A program made the translations under genes and the position numbers. Below, one piece after another: positions 36,409 to 46,414 of a stretch of 64,000 nt of DNA. The stretch comes from a virus (Duplodnaviria > Caudoviricetes), in the IMG/VR virus record IMGVR_UViG_3300033069_001491, positions 9,014 through 73,013 of that record; one strand, written 5' to 3'. The notes below the pieces were generated by a model. The model had not been told where the DNA came from, ran no database searches, and worked only from the letters and a program-made list of their open reading frames with translations. Each line of letters starts with the position of its first letter. Within the stretch, counting starts at the first letter, position 1.

Positions 36409-38412
36409 GTGCAGACCTTCGACTTCTCACAGAGCGTTTTTTCGCCTAAAGTGACCCTGCCGCCTACAACTCAGCTGATCTTCGTGTCAGACATGTTCAT
36501 CGAGGACTACGTCGGCGGAGCGGAGCTGACGTCAGAGGCCCTGATCACTTCGAGCCCGGGACTTAAAGTCTTCAAACTACACTCAAAGGATGTGACCTCC
36601 GACCTGATCAAAGAAGGCGCGGATCGCTTTTGGGTGTTCGGGAATTTCTCTCTGCTAGCTCCGCAGCTAATCCCCAGCATCATTGCAAACCTTCGGTACT
36701 CTATCTTGGAGTACGACTACAAGTACTGCCGCGCACGGTCTCCAGAGAAGCACTTCAACGAAACAGGAACTCCATGCGACTGTGCTGGACAAACCAACGG
36801 ACGAATGATCAGTGCCTTCTATTACGGATCAATGGGTTTGTGGTGGATGAGCGAGGCACAGCGTGATCGTTACTTGACGGCCTTCCCATACCTGTCAGAA
36901 AGGGACAACGTAGTCCTGTCCAGCGTCTTTGATAGGTCCACGCTGGACAGGATGGCAAACTTGCGTGCTGCAGCACCACTTGATCGGAAGGGTTGGATTG
37001 TCCTGGGTTCAGACTCCTGGGTCAAGGGCGCACAAGACGCTGAAGACTGGTGCAAGGCGACTGGCAAGCAGTACGAGGTTGTCTGGAATGTGCCTTATCA
37101 ACAGTTGTTGGAACGAATGTCGCGTGCCGAAGGCTTCGTCTACTTGCCTCGAGGAGGCGACACCTGTCCCAGAATGGTGATTGAGGCAAAATTGCTCGGG
37201 TGCAAGCTTCACCTCAACGACAACGTCCAGCACCGCAATGAGTCATGGTTTGCCACTGACGAGTTGCGGGACATCCAGGATTACTTGTCGGCCAGACCTG
37301 TCAAGTTCTGGGCAGGCATCAAGAAGATGATGGATTATCGACCCACCATCAGTGGATACACCACCACGTACAACTGCGTCAAGCAGGCCTATCCGTTCGA
37401 GCAGTGCATTGAGTCAATGTTACAGTTCTGCGACGAAGTATGTGTGGTCGACGGTGGCTCGACGGATCATACGTGGAAGACCCTTCGCAAAATCCAAGAA
37501 GGACTCGTCTCACCGGCCAAGAGCCTCAGGTTGTTCGATTGTGACGAGTCGCGACTGGCGTACTTCAATCATGAATCGCCGCTCAAGCTCAAACAGGTCG
37601 CCCGCGACTGGTCGGCCAAACACCACCCGGTCTTCGACGGCATGCAGAAGGCTGAAGCACGGTCGATGTGCACTCAGGAGTTCTGCTGGCAGACAGACTG
37701 CGACGAAGTCGTCCACGAAGATGACGGCAGAAAGGTCCGCGACCTATGCCGCATCTTGCCTAAAAGCGCTGACATTATGGCCTTGCCCGTCATTGAGTAT
37801 TGGGGAGGTCCTGACAAGGTGCGAATGGACATTCAACCGTGGAAGTGGCGCTTGAGCCGCAACTTGCCTCATATCACTCACGGTATCCCCCGCGAGCTGC
37901 GGCGGATGACGCCTGATGGGCGGCCATACGCAGTCCCGGGCACCGATGGCTGTGACATGATCGACCGTGAGACAGGTAACGTGCTGCCTCACATTTCATT
38001 TTACCCTTCTGAAGCAGAACAGCTACGTCGCTCTGCTATGTCCGGCCACGAGCCTTCGAGACTACAGTACGAGCAATGGTTCAATCAGGTCGTCAACGGG
38101 TTGCCTTGCGTCTTTCACTATAGCTGGTACGACCTGGAGCGCAAGATTCGCCTATACCGTGACTATTGGCAGAATCATTGGAATGCCCTGTGGGACCGTG
38201 ACACGGCAGACGACGCCCGGAACAACCTGATGTTTGGCATCCCGTGGAAGGACGTCACCGATGCCATGATCAAGGAACGTGCGGCGACGATGCACCAGAG
38301 GTTGGGCGGTTGGGTGTGGCACCGCCCATGGGATGGCAGGACGACCACGCCTCACATTAAGTGCAATCGCACCCAACCGATGGTGATGAAGTCAGAGCGT
38401 CGGACGGTGTAG
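36409..38412 (+). CDS. Bifunctional glycosyltransferase (GT4-like N-terminus plus GT2-like C-terminus)
   Basis: DTCPRMVIEAKLLG (GT4 E-x7-E-like); ISGYTTTYN...VCVVDGGSTD...WQTDCDE (GT2, DxD). Confidence 0.8.
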   Translation: MQTFDFSQSVFSPKVTLPPTTQLIFVSDMFIEDYVGGAELTSEALITSSPGLKVFKLHSKDVTSDLIKEGADRFWVFGNFSLLAPQLIPSIIANLRYSILEYDYKYCRARSPEKHFNETGTPCDCAGQTNGRMISAFYYGSMGLWWMSEAQRDRYLTAFPYLSERDNVVLSSVFDRSTLDRMANLRAAAPLDRKGWIVLGSDSWVKGAQDAEDWCKATGKQYEVVWNVPYQQLLERMSRAEGFVYLPRGGDTCPRMVIEAKLLGCKLHLNDNVQHRNESWFATDELRDIQDYLSARPVKFWAGIKKMMDYRPTISGYTTTYNCVKQAYPFEQCIESMLQFCDEVCVVDGGSTDHTWKTLRKIQEGLVSPAKSLRLFDCDESRLAYFNHESPLKLKQVARDWSAKHHPVFDGMQKAEARSMCTQEFCWQTDCDEVVHEDDGRKVRDLCRILPKSADIMALPVIEYWGGPDKVRMDIQPWKWRLSRNLPHITHGIPRELRRMTPDGRPYAVPGTDGCDMIDRETGNVLPHISFYPSEAEQLRRSAMSGHEPSRLQYEQWFNQVVNGLPCVFHYSWYDLERKIRLYRDYWQNHWNALWDRDTADDARNNLMFGIPWKDVTDAMIKERAATMHQRLGGWVWHRPWDGRTTTPHIKCNRTQPMVMKSERRTV

Positions 38413-38421
38413 GATGATCAC

Positions 38422-38682
38422 ATGTTGACCCAAGAAGGTGAGTTGGCCCAAAACGCCACCTATCGTACGCTCATCTGGAACTTTCTGCGTTGGAAGCCAG
38501 GCAGCGATGGTAAGACAGCGACCGAGCTATTCCGCTGGATGCAGAGTTGTGGTTGGACGGTGAGAATGAGTAGCCTGTCGAGCCAACTCACTCGGATGGT
38601 GAAGTCAAAGGAACTCACCGTCCTCGCTGAGAGAAAAGGCCCACGGGGTGGCAATGTTTACATCTTGGGAAAGGATGGATGA
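38422..38682 (+). CDS. Small winged-helix-like DNA-binding protein
   Basis: TATELFRWMQ...MSSLSSQLTRMVKSKELTV...GGNVY. Confidence 0.5.
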   Translation: MLTQEGELAQNATYRTLIWNFLRWKPGSDGKTATELFRWMQSCGWTVRMSSLSSQLTRMVKSKELTVLAERKGPRGGNVYILGKDG

Positions 38683-39407
38683 TGAGACACGTCGGCATCA
38701 AGCAGAAACTCGAGGAGATGGGAGTCTCCACTGACTCGATCGTCATGGGAGACTTCGATTTCATCGGTGAGTTTACGGCAAAGCGTGACCGCCATCCGAA
38801 CGACCCCAACTACAAACGCTTCGGAGCCTTCTATCGTTCCAACTACGAACGAGGCATCCTGATCTACTACCTGATTCGACAGCACAACTTGTCGTCAATG
38901 CTAGAGATTGGGTTTGGACGAGGGTACGCTACATTCTGTGCCGCTCGAGCGTTCCATGACGCTGGGATCGCCGGCAAGATCCTGACGATCGATCCTGCCC
39001 TCGACGAGAACTACCTACAGGCTCTATCAAAGGTCTTTCCGCAGGACTGGTTCAAGTACGTCCAGTTCGGCAAGGCCACATCACAACAGGCCCTGCCCAC
39101 GCTGCTCGAGCGCTATGACCTGGTCTATATCGATGGTGATCACTCCTATACCGGTACCAAGCACGACTGGGAACACACCAAGGACAAATGGGACAAGTTC
39201 CTGTTGTTCGACGACTACCACATGCCCACCAAGGGCGACCCGGGCATTCAGTGCAGTCAGTTGATCGATGAGGTCGATGACCCCTCGAAGGAGCTGATCA
39301 TCATGGACCGCCGGTTGTTCTTCGATGACCGCCTGTTGCCCGATGACAAGGTTGACTATGGACAAGTCTTGTTGTCCAAGTCCGGAGCAACCCGTGATGA
39401 CTGGTGA
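38679..39407 (+). CDS. Class I SAM-dependent methyltransferase (Methyltransf_24-like)
   Basis: MLEIGFGRGYAT; YDLVYIDGDHSY; LLFDDY. Confidence 0.8.
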   Translation: MMRHVGIKQKLEEMGVSTDSIVMGDFDFIGEFTAKRDRHPNDPNYKRFGAFYRSNYERGILIYYLIRQHNLSSMLEIGFGRGYATFCAARAFHDAGIAGKILTIDPALDENYLQALSKVFPQDWFKYVQFGKATSQQALPTLLERYDLVYIDGDHSYTGTKHDWEHTKDKWDKFLLFDDYHMPTKGDPGIQCSQLIDEVDDPSKELIIMDRRLFFDDRLLPDDKVDYGQVLLSKSGATRDDW

Positions 39408-40170
39408 GAACAGATTTGTCTTCGTTGCTCCGATGTACAACGCTTCGGAAACCCTGGAACGAATGCTGCACTCGCTCTATGGGCAGTCCTACGGCAACTG
39501 GAGGCTCTTTCTCATTGACGACGTCTCTGACCGTGGTGAGACTCGACGTTGTGAAGAGATCCTGTACACGTTCAATGTGTTAAACAGTCTGCGTGTCCGC
39601 GTCATCTGGAATGATGAGAAGAAGTGGGAGGTCGCCAATGTCCTTCACGGTATCTCTTTATGCGAACCTGACGACATCATCTGTCGTATTGACGCAGACG
39701 ACTGGCTGACGGACCTAGATGCGTTGGCGATCATTGACCACGCATATCGACAATATGAGCTCGACTGCCTGTGGACGGCACACCGGTGGGGCCTGTCAGA
39801 CAAGAACATCAGTGGACCCATGCCCAACGGAGCCGATCCGTACAAGCACCCATGGGTTTCCAGTCACCTGAAGACGTTCCGCAAGAGGCTCCTCGATGGG
39901 GTGCCTTACGAAAACTTTCTCAACATGAATGGTGACTTGGTCAGACGAGCTGGCGACCAATGCCTATATCTACCTGTACTACGCAATGCCAAGTCGCGAG
40001 CCTACCTGCCTCGAGTCATGTACCACTACCACATTGATGAACGTGGTGGGGCCGTGTACCAAACCGACGACGCCCGATTCCAGAAAGCAGAAGCAGACTT
40101 CATCAGGGCACGAGGGTACATTGAGTCAGGAATGCCTTGGGAAAAAACGACGAAGGCGTATCGTTCATAA
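39397..40170 (+). CDS. Glycosyltransferase family 2
   Basis: VFVAPMYNA...LIDDVSD...RIDADDWL. Confidence 0.85.
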   Translation: MTGENRFVFVAPMYNASETLERMLHSLYGQSYGNWRLFLIDDVSDRGETRRCEEILYTFNVLNSLRVRVIWNDEKKWEVANVLHGISLCEPDDIICRIDADDWLTDLDALAIIDHAYRQYELDCLWTAHRWGLSDKNISGPMPNGADPYKHPWVSSHLKTFRKRLLDGVPYENFLNMNGDLVRRAGDQCLYLPVLRNAKSRAYLPRVMYHYHIDERGGAVYQTDDARFQKAEADFIRARGYIESGMPWEKTTKAYRS

Positions 40171-40708
40171 GCACCCTGAATTGCAGGCTAGAATTGCACG
40201 TCTTTACACATCAGAATCGATGTCATCGACTTCGATTTATTCGATGTTGTGCGTTGAAGGCATCGACATCAGCTATTCAGGTGTGCTTACGTGCATCCGC
40301 TTGAGCGGAGTAACGAGAACTCGAAGTGAGGCATCAAGACGTGCGTCATTTGTCGAGCGACGGCTTTGCAAACATTGTAAGGAACAATTCCAAATCACAA
40401 ATTCTGCACAGGTGTATTGCTCAACATGTTGTCCGACGAAACGAGCATACCAGCGACTGAAATACTACAATCTGTCGCAGCCAGAATTTGAGGCTCTGCT
40501 TCGAGCTCAACAAGACTCTTGTGTCATCTGCAAGGGTGTCCTAGTAGAAGGCGGCGCCACAAATCTCAATGTAGATCATTGTCACCTCACTGGCAAGGTA
40601 AGAGGCCTACTGTGTCATCGATGCAACATGATCGTCGGCTTCCTTGATAAGGGCGACTGGCGTTCGAACATTCAAATCTTGATTTCATACATCGAAAGAA
40701 ACACATGA
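40121..40708 (+). CDS. Endonuclease VII-family homing-type endonuclease (start uncertain; TTG 40121 used)
   Basis: YNLSQPEFEALLRAQQDSCVICK...VDHCHLTGKVRGLLCHRCN; lower GC than flanking genes. Confidence 0.75.
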   Translation: MSQECLGKKRRRRIVHKHPELQARIARLYTSESMSSTSIYSMLCVEGIDISYSGVLTCIRLSGVTRTRSEASRRASFVERRLCKHCKEQFQITNSAQVYCSTCCPTKRAYQRLKYYNLSQPEFEALLRAQQDSCVICKGVLVEGGATNLNVDHCHLTGKVRGLLCHRCNMIVGFLDKGDWRSNIQILISYIERNT

Positions 40709-41013
40709 GACGTTTCTACCTGCAACGAAACCAGGACGCATCCGGCGTATCTGGTCTGGGGAGGGTGGCCGAAGGCTGCCAGTTTGACAACGGTTGGTGT
40801 GCGCTAGTATGGTTGACGAGCGCAGATCCAGACGATGAGGTGCATGCCTTCTATCACAGCGTCCAACGTGTCGAGGAGATTCATGGCCATGGTGGCATGA
40901 CCAGCGTCGTTTGGATTGACGACGAATCGTCCAACGTCATCATCAAGAAGGACTCGACGCCCGGCGTACCGACGTGCAAGAACTGCTGGGATCCGGAGCA
41001 GTGGGCCAAGTGA
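40705..41013 (+). CDS. Small conserved phage protein
   Basis: FYLQRNQDASGVSGLGRVAEGCQFDNG...HGHGG pattern. Confidence 0.6.
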   Translation: MRRFYLQRNQDASGVSGLGRVAEGCQFDNGWCALVWLTSADPDDEVHAFYHSVQRVEEIHGHGGMTSVVWIDDESSNVIIKKDSTPGVPTCKNCWDPEQWAK

Positions 41014-41045
41014 AGTAGCCCGGCTCGGAGTGGTACAATCGTGCC

Positions 41046-41999
41046 ATGAAGGTCTACATCAATCGTCAGGTCGTCCGCGGTCCTTGGGGCGGCGGGAACA
41101 TGTTTGTTAATGCCTACCGCAAACTGGGCACCGCTGGCAACGTCGAGGTCATGGAGGGCTACACCGCTCAACTGGCCCCGGACGTCGCCTTGTTGGTAGG
41201 TCTCGATCGCGAGGGCGATGACGTGGGCGTCGAGCAGGCGATCAGCTACAAGATGTACATGAATCCGGCGTGCAAGCTGGTGCTACGTGTCAACGAGAAC
41301 GATGCACGCAAGGGTACTGACTACATGGACAATGCACTGGTGCAGGTCTCACAGTTCCTCGACGGCACTGTCTTCGTCAGCAAGTGGCTGCAGGACTATT
41401 TCGTTGCGAAGGGATGGGCCTGTGACAACCAAGCCGTCATCGTCAACGGCATTGATCGTGACGTCTTCAAGTCTGGGCCGAAGTTCAACGACGGCAAACT
41501 CCATATCGTCGCCCACCACTGGAGCGACAACCGCCTGAAGGGTGCCGACATCTACGAAGAAATCGACAGGCTTGTGGGCGAGCACCCCGACAAGTTTGCC
41601 TTCACCTACATTGGGCGTCATAAGTGCGATTTCAAACACACCCGCGTCGTTAGGCCACTGCATGGTGTTGCCTTGGGCGAGGAACTGGGCAAACACGACG
41701 TTTACGTCTCGGCCTCACGGTGGGACCCAGGACCCAATCACGTGTTGGAGGCCCTGGCCTGTGGTCTGCCCACCTTCGTCCACAAGGACGGTGGGGGCTG
41801 CGTAGAGTTCGCTGGCCACGCGCAGGCATATCAAGACTGGGACGAATTGCGTGACTTCCTGACGACTGTCGAGCGCGGTCGAGTGATGAAAAACGTCGGT
41901 CACATTCCCATCTGTGACTGGCAAACGTGCGTCCAGGAGTACAATGCGTACCTGGAGGCCACGTGGCAAGCAACCAACTCAGATTCGTCGAGTTCCTGA
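41046..41999 (+). CDS. Glycosyltransferase family 4-like
   Basis: GPWGGGNMFV; DVYVSASRWDPGPNHVLEALACGLP. Confidence 0.85.
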   Translation: MKVYINRQVVRGPWGGGNMFVNAYRKLGTAGNVEVMEGYTAQLAPDVALLVGLDREGDDVGVEQAISYKMYMNPACKLVLRVNENDARKGTDYMDNALVQVSQFLDGTVFVSKWLQDYFVAKGWACDNQAVIVNGIDRDVFKSGPKFNDGKLHIVAHHWSDNRLKGADIYEEIDRLVGEHPDKFAFTYIGRHKCDFKHTRVVRPLHGVALGEELGKHDVYVSASRWDPGPNHVLEALACGLPTFVHKDGGGCVEFAGHAQAYQDWDELRDFLTTVERGRVMKNVGHIPICDWQTCVQEYNAYLEATWQATNSDSSSS

Positions 42000-42343
42000 A
42001 CCGGTACATCGTCGACACCATCCAACGCAAGTTCGAGCAACAGCAGCTCAACCCCGCTACCATGCGCGAGATCAGGTCCACCATCCGGACCGTGATTGAC
42101 GGCGTCTTCACCAAGAGTGATAACTGCAAGCTGACTGAGACGGCTCGGGCCTGGTTGACTAACCAGTACTTCAGGCGCTTGCAGGTCAACGACAGCCAGA
42201 CTATGGACGACCTGATCGTCATCAATGAATACAAGCTGGCACAGTTGTCGTACAGTGACATCGTGTTGCTGCGCGACCTCTACGACCAGACCGATTTAGC
42301 CGATGAGCTCAACGCGGAGCACAGCTCGAGGAGCGCATCATGA
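41963..42343 (+). CDS. Hypothetical protein, paralog of the next gene
   Basis: GGAGG SD before GTG 41963; aligns with 42340..42708. Confidence 0.6.
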   Translation: MASNQLRFVEFLNRYIVDTIQRKFEQQQLNPATMREIRSTIRTVIDGVFTKSDNCKLTETARAWLTNQYFRRLQVNDSQTMDDLIVINEYKLAQLSYSDIVLLRDLYDQTDLADELNAEHSSRSAS

Positions 42344-42708
42344 AGCCAGGAGAGTTCAATGAGGCCATCAGCCGGCTGCTAGAGGTCAAGCTCAAGCCAT
42401 TTGTCACCGAACAACGGGATCTCAACCTGTTGACGTGCACAGAGATCTATACCACCATCTTCGATGTGCTGGCTGAGGTCGTCACCCAATCTAAGGCCCC
42501 TGTCTCCAACGAGGCCTTGAACTACTTGGCGCAGCAGTACTACGATGGCATCCTGATCAACAGCTCTCAGGAGCTGGATCCCAACATCTTCACCCAACGT
42601 GCCAAGTTGGAGAACATCGAGACACGCGAATTGGCATTGCTGGCAGTGATGCTGTGGGGCACCGACTTCGCCAAACCCATCCTGGCCCAGATCAAGCAGA
42701 GATCCTGA
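42340..42708 (+). CDS. Hypothetical protein, paralog of the previous gene
   Basis: LN..T..EI..TI..V...V.T.S and L..QY....iN.SQ..D motifs are shared. Confidence 0.6.
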   Translation: MKPGEFNEAISRLLEVKLKPFVTEQRDLNLLTCTEIYTTIFDVLAEVVTQSKAPVSNEALNYLAQQYYDGILINSSQELDPNIFTQRAKLENIETRELALLAVMLWGTDFAKPILAQIKQRS

Positions 42709-42709
42709 C

Positions 42710-43690
42710 GTGCGCGTCCACTTCGATAACGTCTTGCGGCCTGGGACCGGCCCGGGCACCTTCGCTCATCGACTTGCGCGTTGTTTGTTCAAAGCTGGAC
42801 ACCAGGTGCAGTTCCACGGGTCGGACGCCGACGTGTCGTTGGTGTTCATCGAGCCGTCCGGAGCCCCCCTCGCTCCTAAGGTCGTCCAACGCCTTGACGG
42901 TATCTGGTTCAAACCAGAAGAGTATGAGTCTAAAAATAGGCATATTAAAGCCCTATATGAGAAGGCGGATGCAGTTATCTGGCAGTCGCTTTTCGATAAA
43001 AAGATGTCGGTATTCCACTGGGGTGATCCTGGTGTCAAGCGAACGCCTTTTCAAGGGTGTGTTCTACCGGAGCCAGTGGATCTAGTCATCGGCAATGGCA
43101 TTGAGCTCGAACCAATCAAGGAAATCACCATTCCAGCGCTGGCCTCAATGCGGCAGGAGTACGAACGCATCTTCGTCTGCAGCAGCAACTGGCACGCTCA
43201 AAAACGTCTGAGTTCCAACGTGGCGCTGTTCCAGCGCCTGCGTATCATGTACCCTCGCAGCTGCTTGATCATCATGGGTGATCGACCGGACGTCATGATC
43301 GCTGATCCCCACGTCTTCTACACCGGCGTGGTCGAACCCGAGATCTACATGCAGGTCTATTCAGTCGCTGACTGGATGCTACACCTAGCTTGGGCTGATC
43401 ACTGCCCGAACGTGGTGGTCGAAGCACTGTCGCAGGGAACGCCTGTCATCTGCAGTGAGGTCGGCGGTACCAAAGAACTGGTCGGGAACGGCGCCTACGG
43501 GATGGTCCTTAAGGAAGAACCTTACGGATTCCAGCTGTACGACTATGACAACCCGCCTGTCATCGACGTGTCGCAGGTGGCCTTCCTTCCCTCTCGACAT
43601 GATCTTGACTACAAGGGAATTCCATCCATCGACATCAGAGACGTGGCAGACCGGTACGTTCAGTTGTTCGAACGCCTCTGTGGGCAATAG
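42710..43690 (+). CDS. Glycosyltransferase family 4
   Basis: DHCPNVVVEALSQGTPVICSEVGGTKELV. Confidence 0.88.
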   Translation: MRVHFDNVLRPGTGPGTFAHRLARCLFKAGHQVQFHGSDADVSLVFIEPSGAPLAPKVVQRLDGIWFKPEEYESKNRHIKALYEKADAVIWQSLFDKKMSVFHWGDPGVKRTPFQGCVLPEPVDLVIGNGIELEPIKEITIPALASMRQEYERIFVCSSNWHAQKRLSSNVALFQRLRIMYPRSCLIIMGDRPDVMIADPHVFYTGVVEPEIYMQVYSVADWMLHLAWADHCPNVVVEALSQGTPVICSEVGGTKELVGNGAYGMVLKEEPYGFQLYDYDNPPVIDVSQVAFLPSRHDLDYKGIPSIDIRDVADRYVQLFERLCGQ

Positions 43691-43700
43691 AATGGTCATC

Positions 43701-44684
43701 ATGAAGCGCGCCTTCATCACCGGCCCGACCGGACAAGACGGTTCCTATCTGTGTGAATTGTTGCAGAGCAAAGGATACGAGGTCCATGCCTTGGTTCGAC
43801 AGTCAACACAGTTTACACCTGATCGTTGGGGTCACCTGCGTGTTGCCATGCAAAACGGTCTCACTGTGCATCACGGTGACCTGACCGACGCATCATTGAT
43901 TCGAAACCTGATCGAGAAGATTCAACCTGATGAAGTCTACAACCTGGCGGCACAGTCACACGTTGGACAGTCGTTCGAGCAACCTGTCAACACTGTAGAC
44001 GTGACAGCGATGGGTCCACTTCATCTGTTGGAGGCCATTCGGCGTAGCTGTCCCACGGCGCGATTCTATCAGGCGAGTTCCAGCGAGATGTTCGGCAAGG
44101 TGGCTGAGACCCCGCAAAAGGAGACGACGCCATTTCATCCTCGTAGTCCGTATGGCTGTGCTAAGGCTTTCGGGCATTATATCACCCAAAACTACCGTGA
44201 GGCGTACGGGATTTATGCCGTCAACGGCATCATGTTCAATCATGAGAGCGAGCGACGAGGTGAAACATTCGTGACTCGTAAGATCACTCGAGCCGTTGGC
44301 CGCATCCGCGCCGGGCTGCAGGACGAATTGGTCCTTGGAGACACCAGCGTCAAACGTGACTGGGGATATGCCCCTGACTACGTTGAAGTGATGTGGAAGA
44401 TGCTACAGGCGACGGACCCAGTTGATCTGGTCATTGGGACAGGAGAACACCACACAGTCCAGGAGTTCGTTGATTTGGCGTTTTACCAGGCGGGCCTAGA
44501 TCCAAAGAAGTACGTTCAACAAGATCCACAGTTCATGCGACCCGCTGAAGTCGACATCTTGCGCGCTGATCGAACGCGCGCCTTCCAAGTCCTGGGTTGG
44601 GAACCTCGAGTCGACTTTCACGGTCTTGTCAGGCGAATGGTCTTGCACGACATGTCGTTGGCTGACAATGAGAGGCAGAAGTAA
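43701..44684 (+). CDS. gmd: GDP-mannose 4,6-dehydratase
   Basis: AFITGPTGQDGSYL; YNLAAQSHV; FYQASSSEMFG; PRSPYGCAK; FNHESERRGETFVTRKIT; RDWGYA. Confidence 0.93.
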   Translation: MKRAFITGPTGQDGSYLCELLQSKGYEVHALVRQSTQFTPDRWGHLRVAMQNGLTVHHGDLTDASLIRNLIEKIQPDEVYNLAAQSHVGQSFEQPVNTVDVTAMGPLHLLEAIRRSCPTARFYQASSSEMFGKVAETPQKETTPFHPRSPYGCAKAFGHYITQNYREAYGIYAVNGIMFNHESERRGETFVTRKITRAVGRIRAGLQDELVLGDTSVKRDWGYAPDYVEVMWKMLQATDPVDLVIGTGEHHTVQEFVDLAFYQAGLDPKKYVQQDPQFMRPAEVDILRADRTRAFQVLGWEPRVDFHGLVRRMVLHDMSLADNERQK

Positions 44685-44685
44685 C

Positions 44686-45588
44686 GTGCCTAAACGCGTT
44701 TTCATGCTCGCTCCTAACGAAGACTGGATCTGTGATCGAATCGTGAAGGAGTGGTACGAGGACAATGCAGACATCAGCGTCAAGCAACCTAAAAACGCAG
44801 ACGTCATCTGGCTCTACAGCGACTGGTGTTGGACTCAGGTAGGTCTTGGCTTCTTGGCTACCAAGAAGGTGCTGGTGACGATTCACCACTTGGTACCTGA
44901 CAAGTTCGGCTACCGCGAGCGCCAAGACTTCATGCTGCGCGATCGGTACGCTCACGCCTACCACGTCCCCAACGAACACACGGCAACTTTCGTCAGGAGT
45001 CTGACAGAGAGACCGATCCACGTCATTCCTTATTGGGCAAACCAGCACATCTGGAGGCCTACCGGGACGAAAGAAGCCCTCAGAAAAAAATACGGGTTGC
45101 CAGAGGATGGCTTCCTAGTCGGCTCGTTCCAAAGGGACACAGAAGGCAAGGACTTGTCATCGCCCAAGCTGGAGAAGGGACCTGACCTGTTGGCTGACAA
45201 CCTGATCAAGCTGGCGGGTGTCGCGCGAGGCGTTCACGTTGTCCTGGCTGGTTGGCGTCGTCAGTACCTGATCGGTCGCCTGCAACAGGCTGATGTTCCG
45301 TACAGTTACTTTGAGCTACCGTCACAGGAGGTCGTCAATGAACTTTATCAGACGCTCAGCATGTACATGGTGTCGGCTCGCCACGAGGGTGGGCCTCAAG
45401 CCTTGATCGAATGTGGCTTGTTGAACGTCCCCTGCATCTCCCGCGACGTAGGAATGGCAAGAATGGTCCTGCCTGAGCGTGCAGTCAATGATGACCTGTG
45501 GTTGGCACGACCTGCCGTTCCCGACGTGGAGCGGTTGAAGTTGCCTGCTGGATACAAGCCGTACCGTGACCTGATCGAGGCCATGTGA
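44686..45588 (+). CDS. Glycosyltransferase family 4-like
   Basis: VGSFQRDTEG...KGPD; ARHEGGPQALIECGL...SRDVG. Confidence 0.8.
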   Translation: MPKRVFMLAPNEDWICDRIVKEWYEDNADISVKQPKNADVIWLYSDWCWTQVGLGFLATKKVLVTIHHLVPDKFGYRERQDFMLRDRYAHAYHVPNEHTATFVRSLTERPIHVIPYWANQHIWRPTGTKEALRKKYGLPEDGFLVGSFQRDTEGKDLSSPKLEKGPDLLADNLIKLAGVARGVHVVLAGWRRQYLIGRLQQADVPYSYFELPSQEVVNELYQTLSMYMVSARHEGGPQALIECGLLNVPCISRDVGMARMVLPERAVNDDLWLARPAVPDVERLKLPAGYKPYRDLIEAM

Positions 45589-46403
45589 GAGAAGAACCCG
45601 CAATTCTATTGGTCACCTGTTGTCTCGAAGAGACGCGGTACAAGATTGTCCGTCAGGTCATCGACAACATCGTAGACGACTGTCCGTATTCCTGGCGCCG
45701 GCGGCTGACCGTCTTTGACAACGCTTCGACGTACCTGGGCCTAGGGGAGCTGTGCACTGCCTTCTCGAATGTGGTCCGGACCGATCACAATGTGGGTTAC
45801 TGGACGGCTATCGACTGGTGGCTCGATTCGTTGAAGGCCGACCCGCCGAAGTACACCTACATCATCGAGTCCGACATGATCCACTACGGTGCTCACGACA
45901 TGGGCAAGTGTGTCAGTTTCCTGGATGAACACCCAGAGTTGGGCTCGGTGAGGCTGCACGAGTACTATGTCGCTCAACGGCACCTCTACGACAAGGACAA
46001 TCCTCGGCCCGATTCTCGGCGAAACCTGTGGCAATCACACACCAACAGGGCCACCGGTCAACCCATCGTCCACGAACAGGTCGATCGTGATCTGTATCGG
46101 ACCAACTTCCTGACGCAGTTGCCTGCCCTCAACCGATATTCGACCATGGTAGAGTGCTTCGACGACCTACGGCAGCGCCCCCAGTTCACTGAACCTGACT
46201 TTCAGGCCTTGTATCATGCTCGTTACCCAGAGATTGCGATCTTGGATGGCGGCATGTTCAACTGTGACCTCAATCCGTACGGCACCGATGTAGTCACCGG
46301 CTCATGGACCGACGCTGAGGCCCTGAAGCGGTTAGGTTACCAGAGTACCCGACATGCCTCCATCGTGTCTCGTGATCAGTACACCGTGACCCGAGTGCGG
46401 TAG
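45585..46403 (+). CDS. Glycosyltransferase family 2-like protein
   Basis: VFDNAST...NVGYW...YIIESD. Confidence 0.6.
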   Translation: MREEPAILLVTCCLEETRYKIVRQVIDNIVDDCPYSWRRRLTVFDNASTYLGLGELCTAFSNVVRTDHNVGYWTAIDWWLDSLKADPPKYTYIIESDMIHYGAHDMGKCVSFLDEHPELGSVRLHEYYVAQRHLYDKDNPRPDSRRNLWQSHTNRATGQPIVHEQVDRDLYRTNFLTQLPALNRYSTMVECFDDLRQRPQFTEPDFQALYHARYPEIAILDGGMFNCDLNPYGTDVVTGSWTDAEALKRLGYQSTRHASIVSRDQYTVTRVR

Positions 46404-46414
46404 ATTGGAACTAC

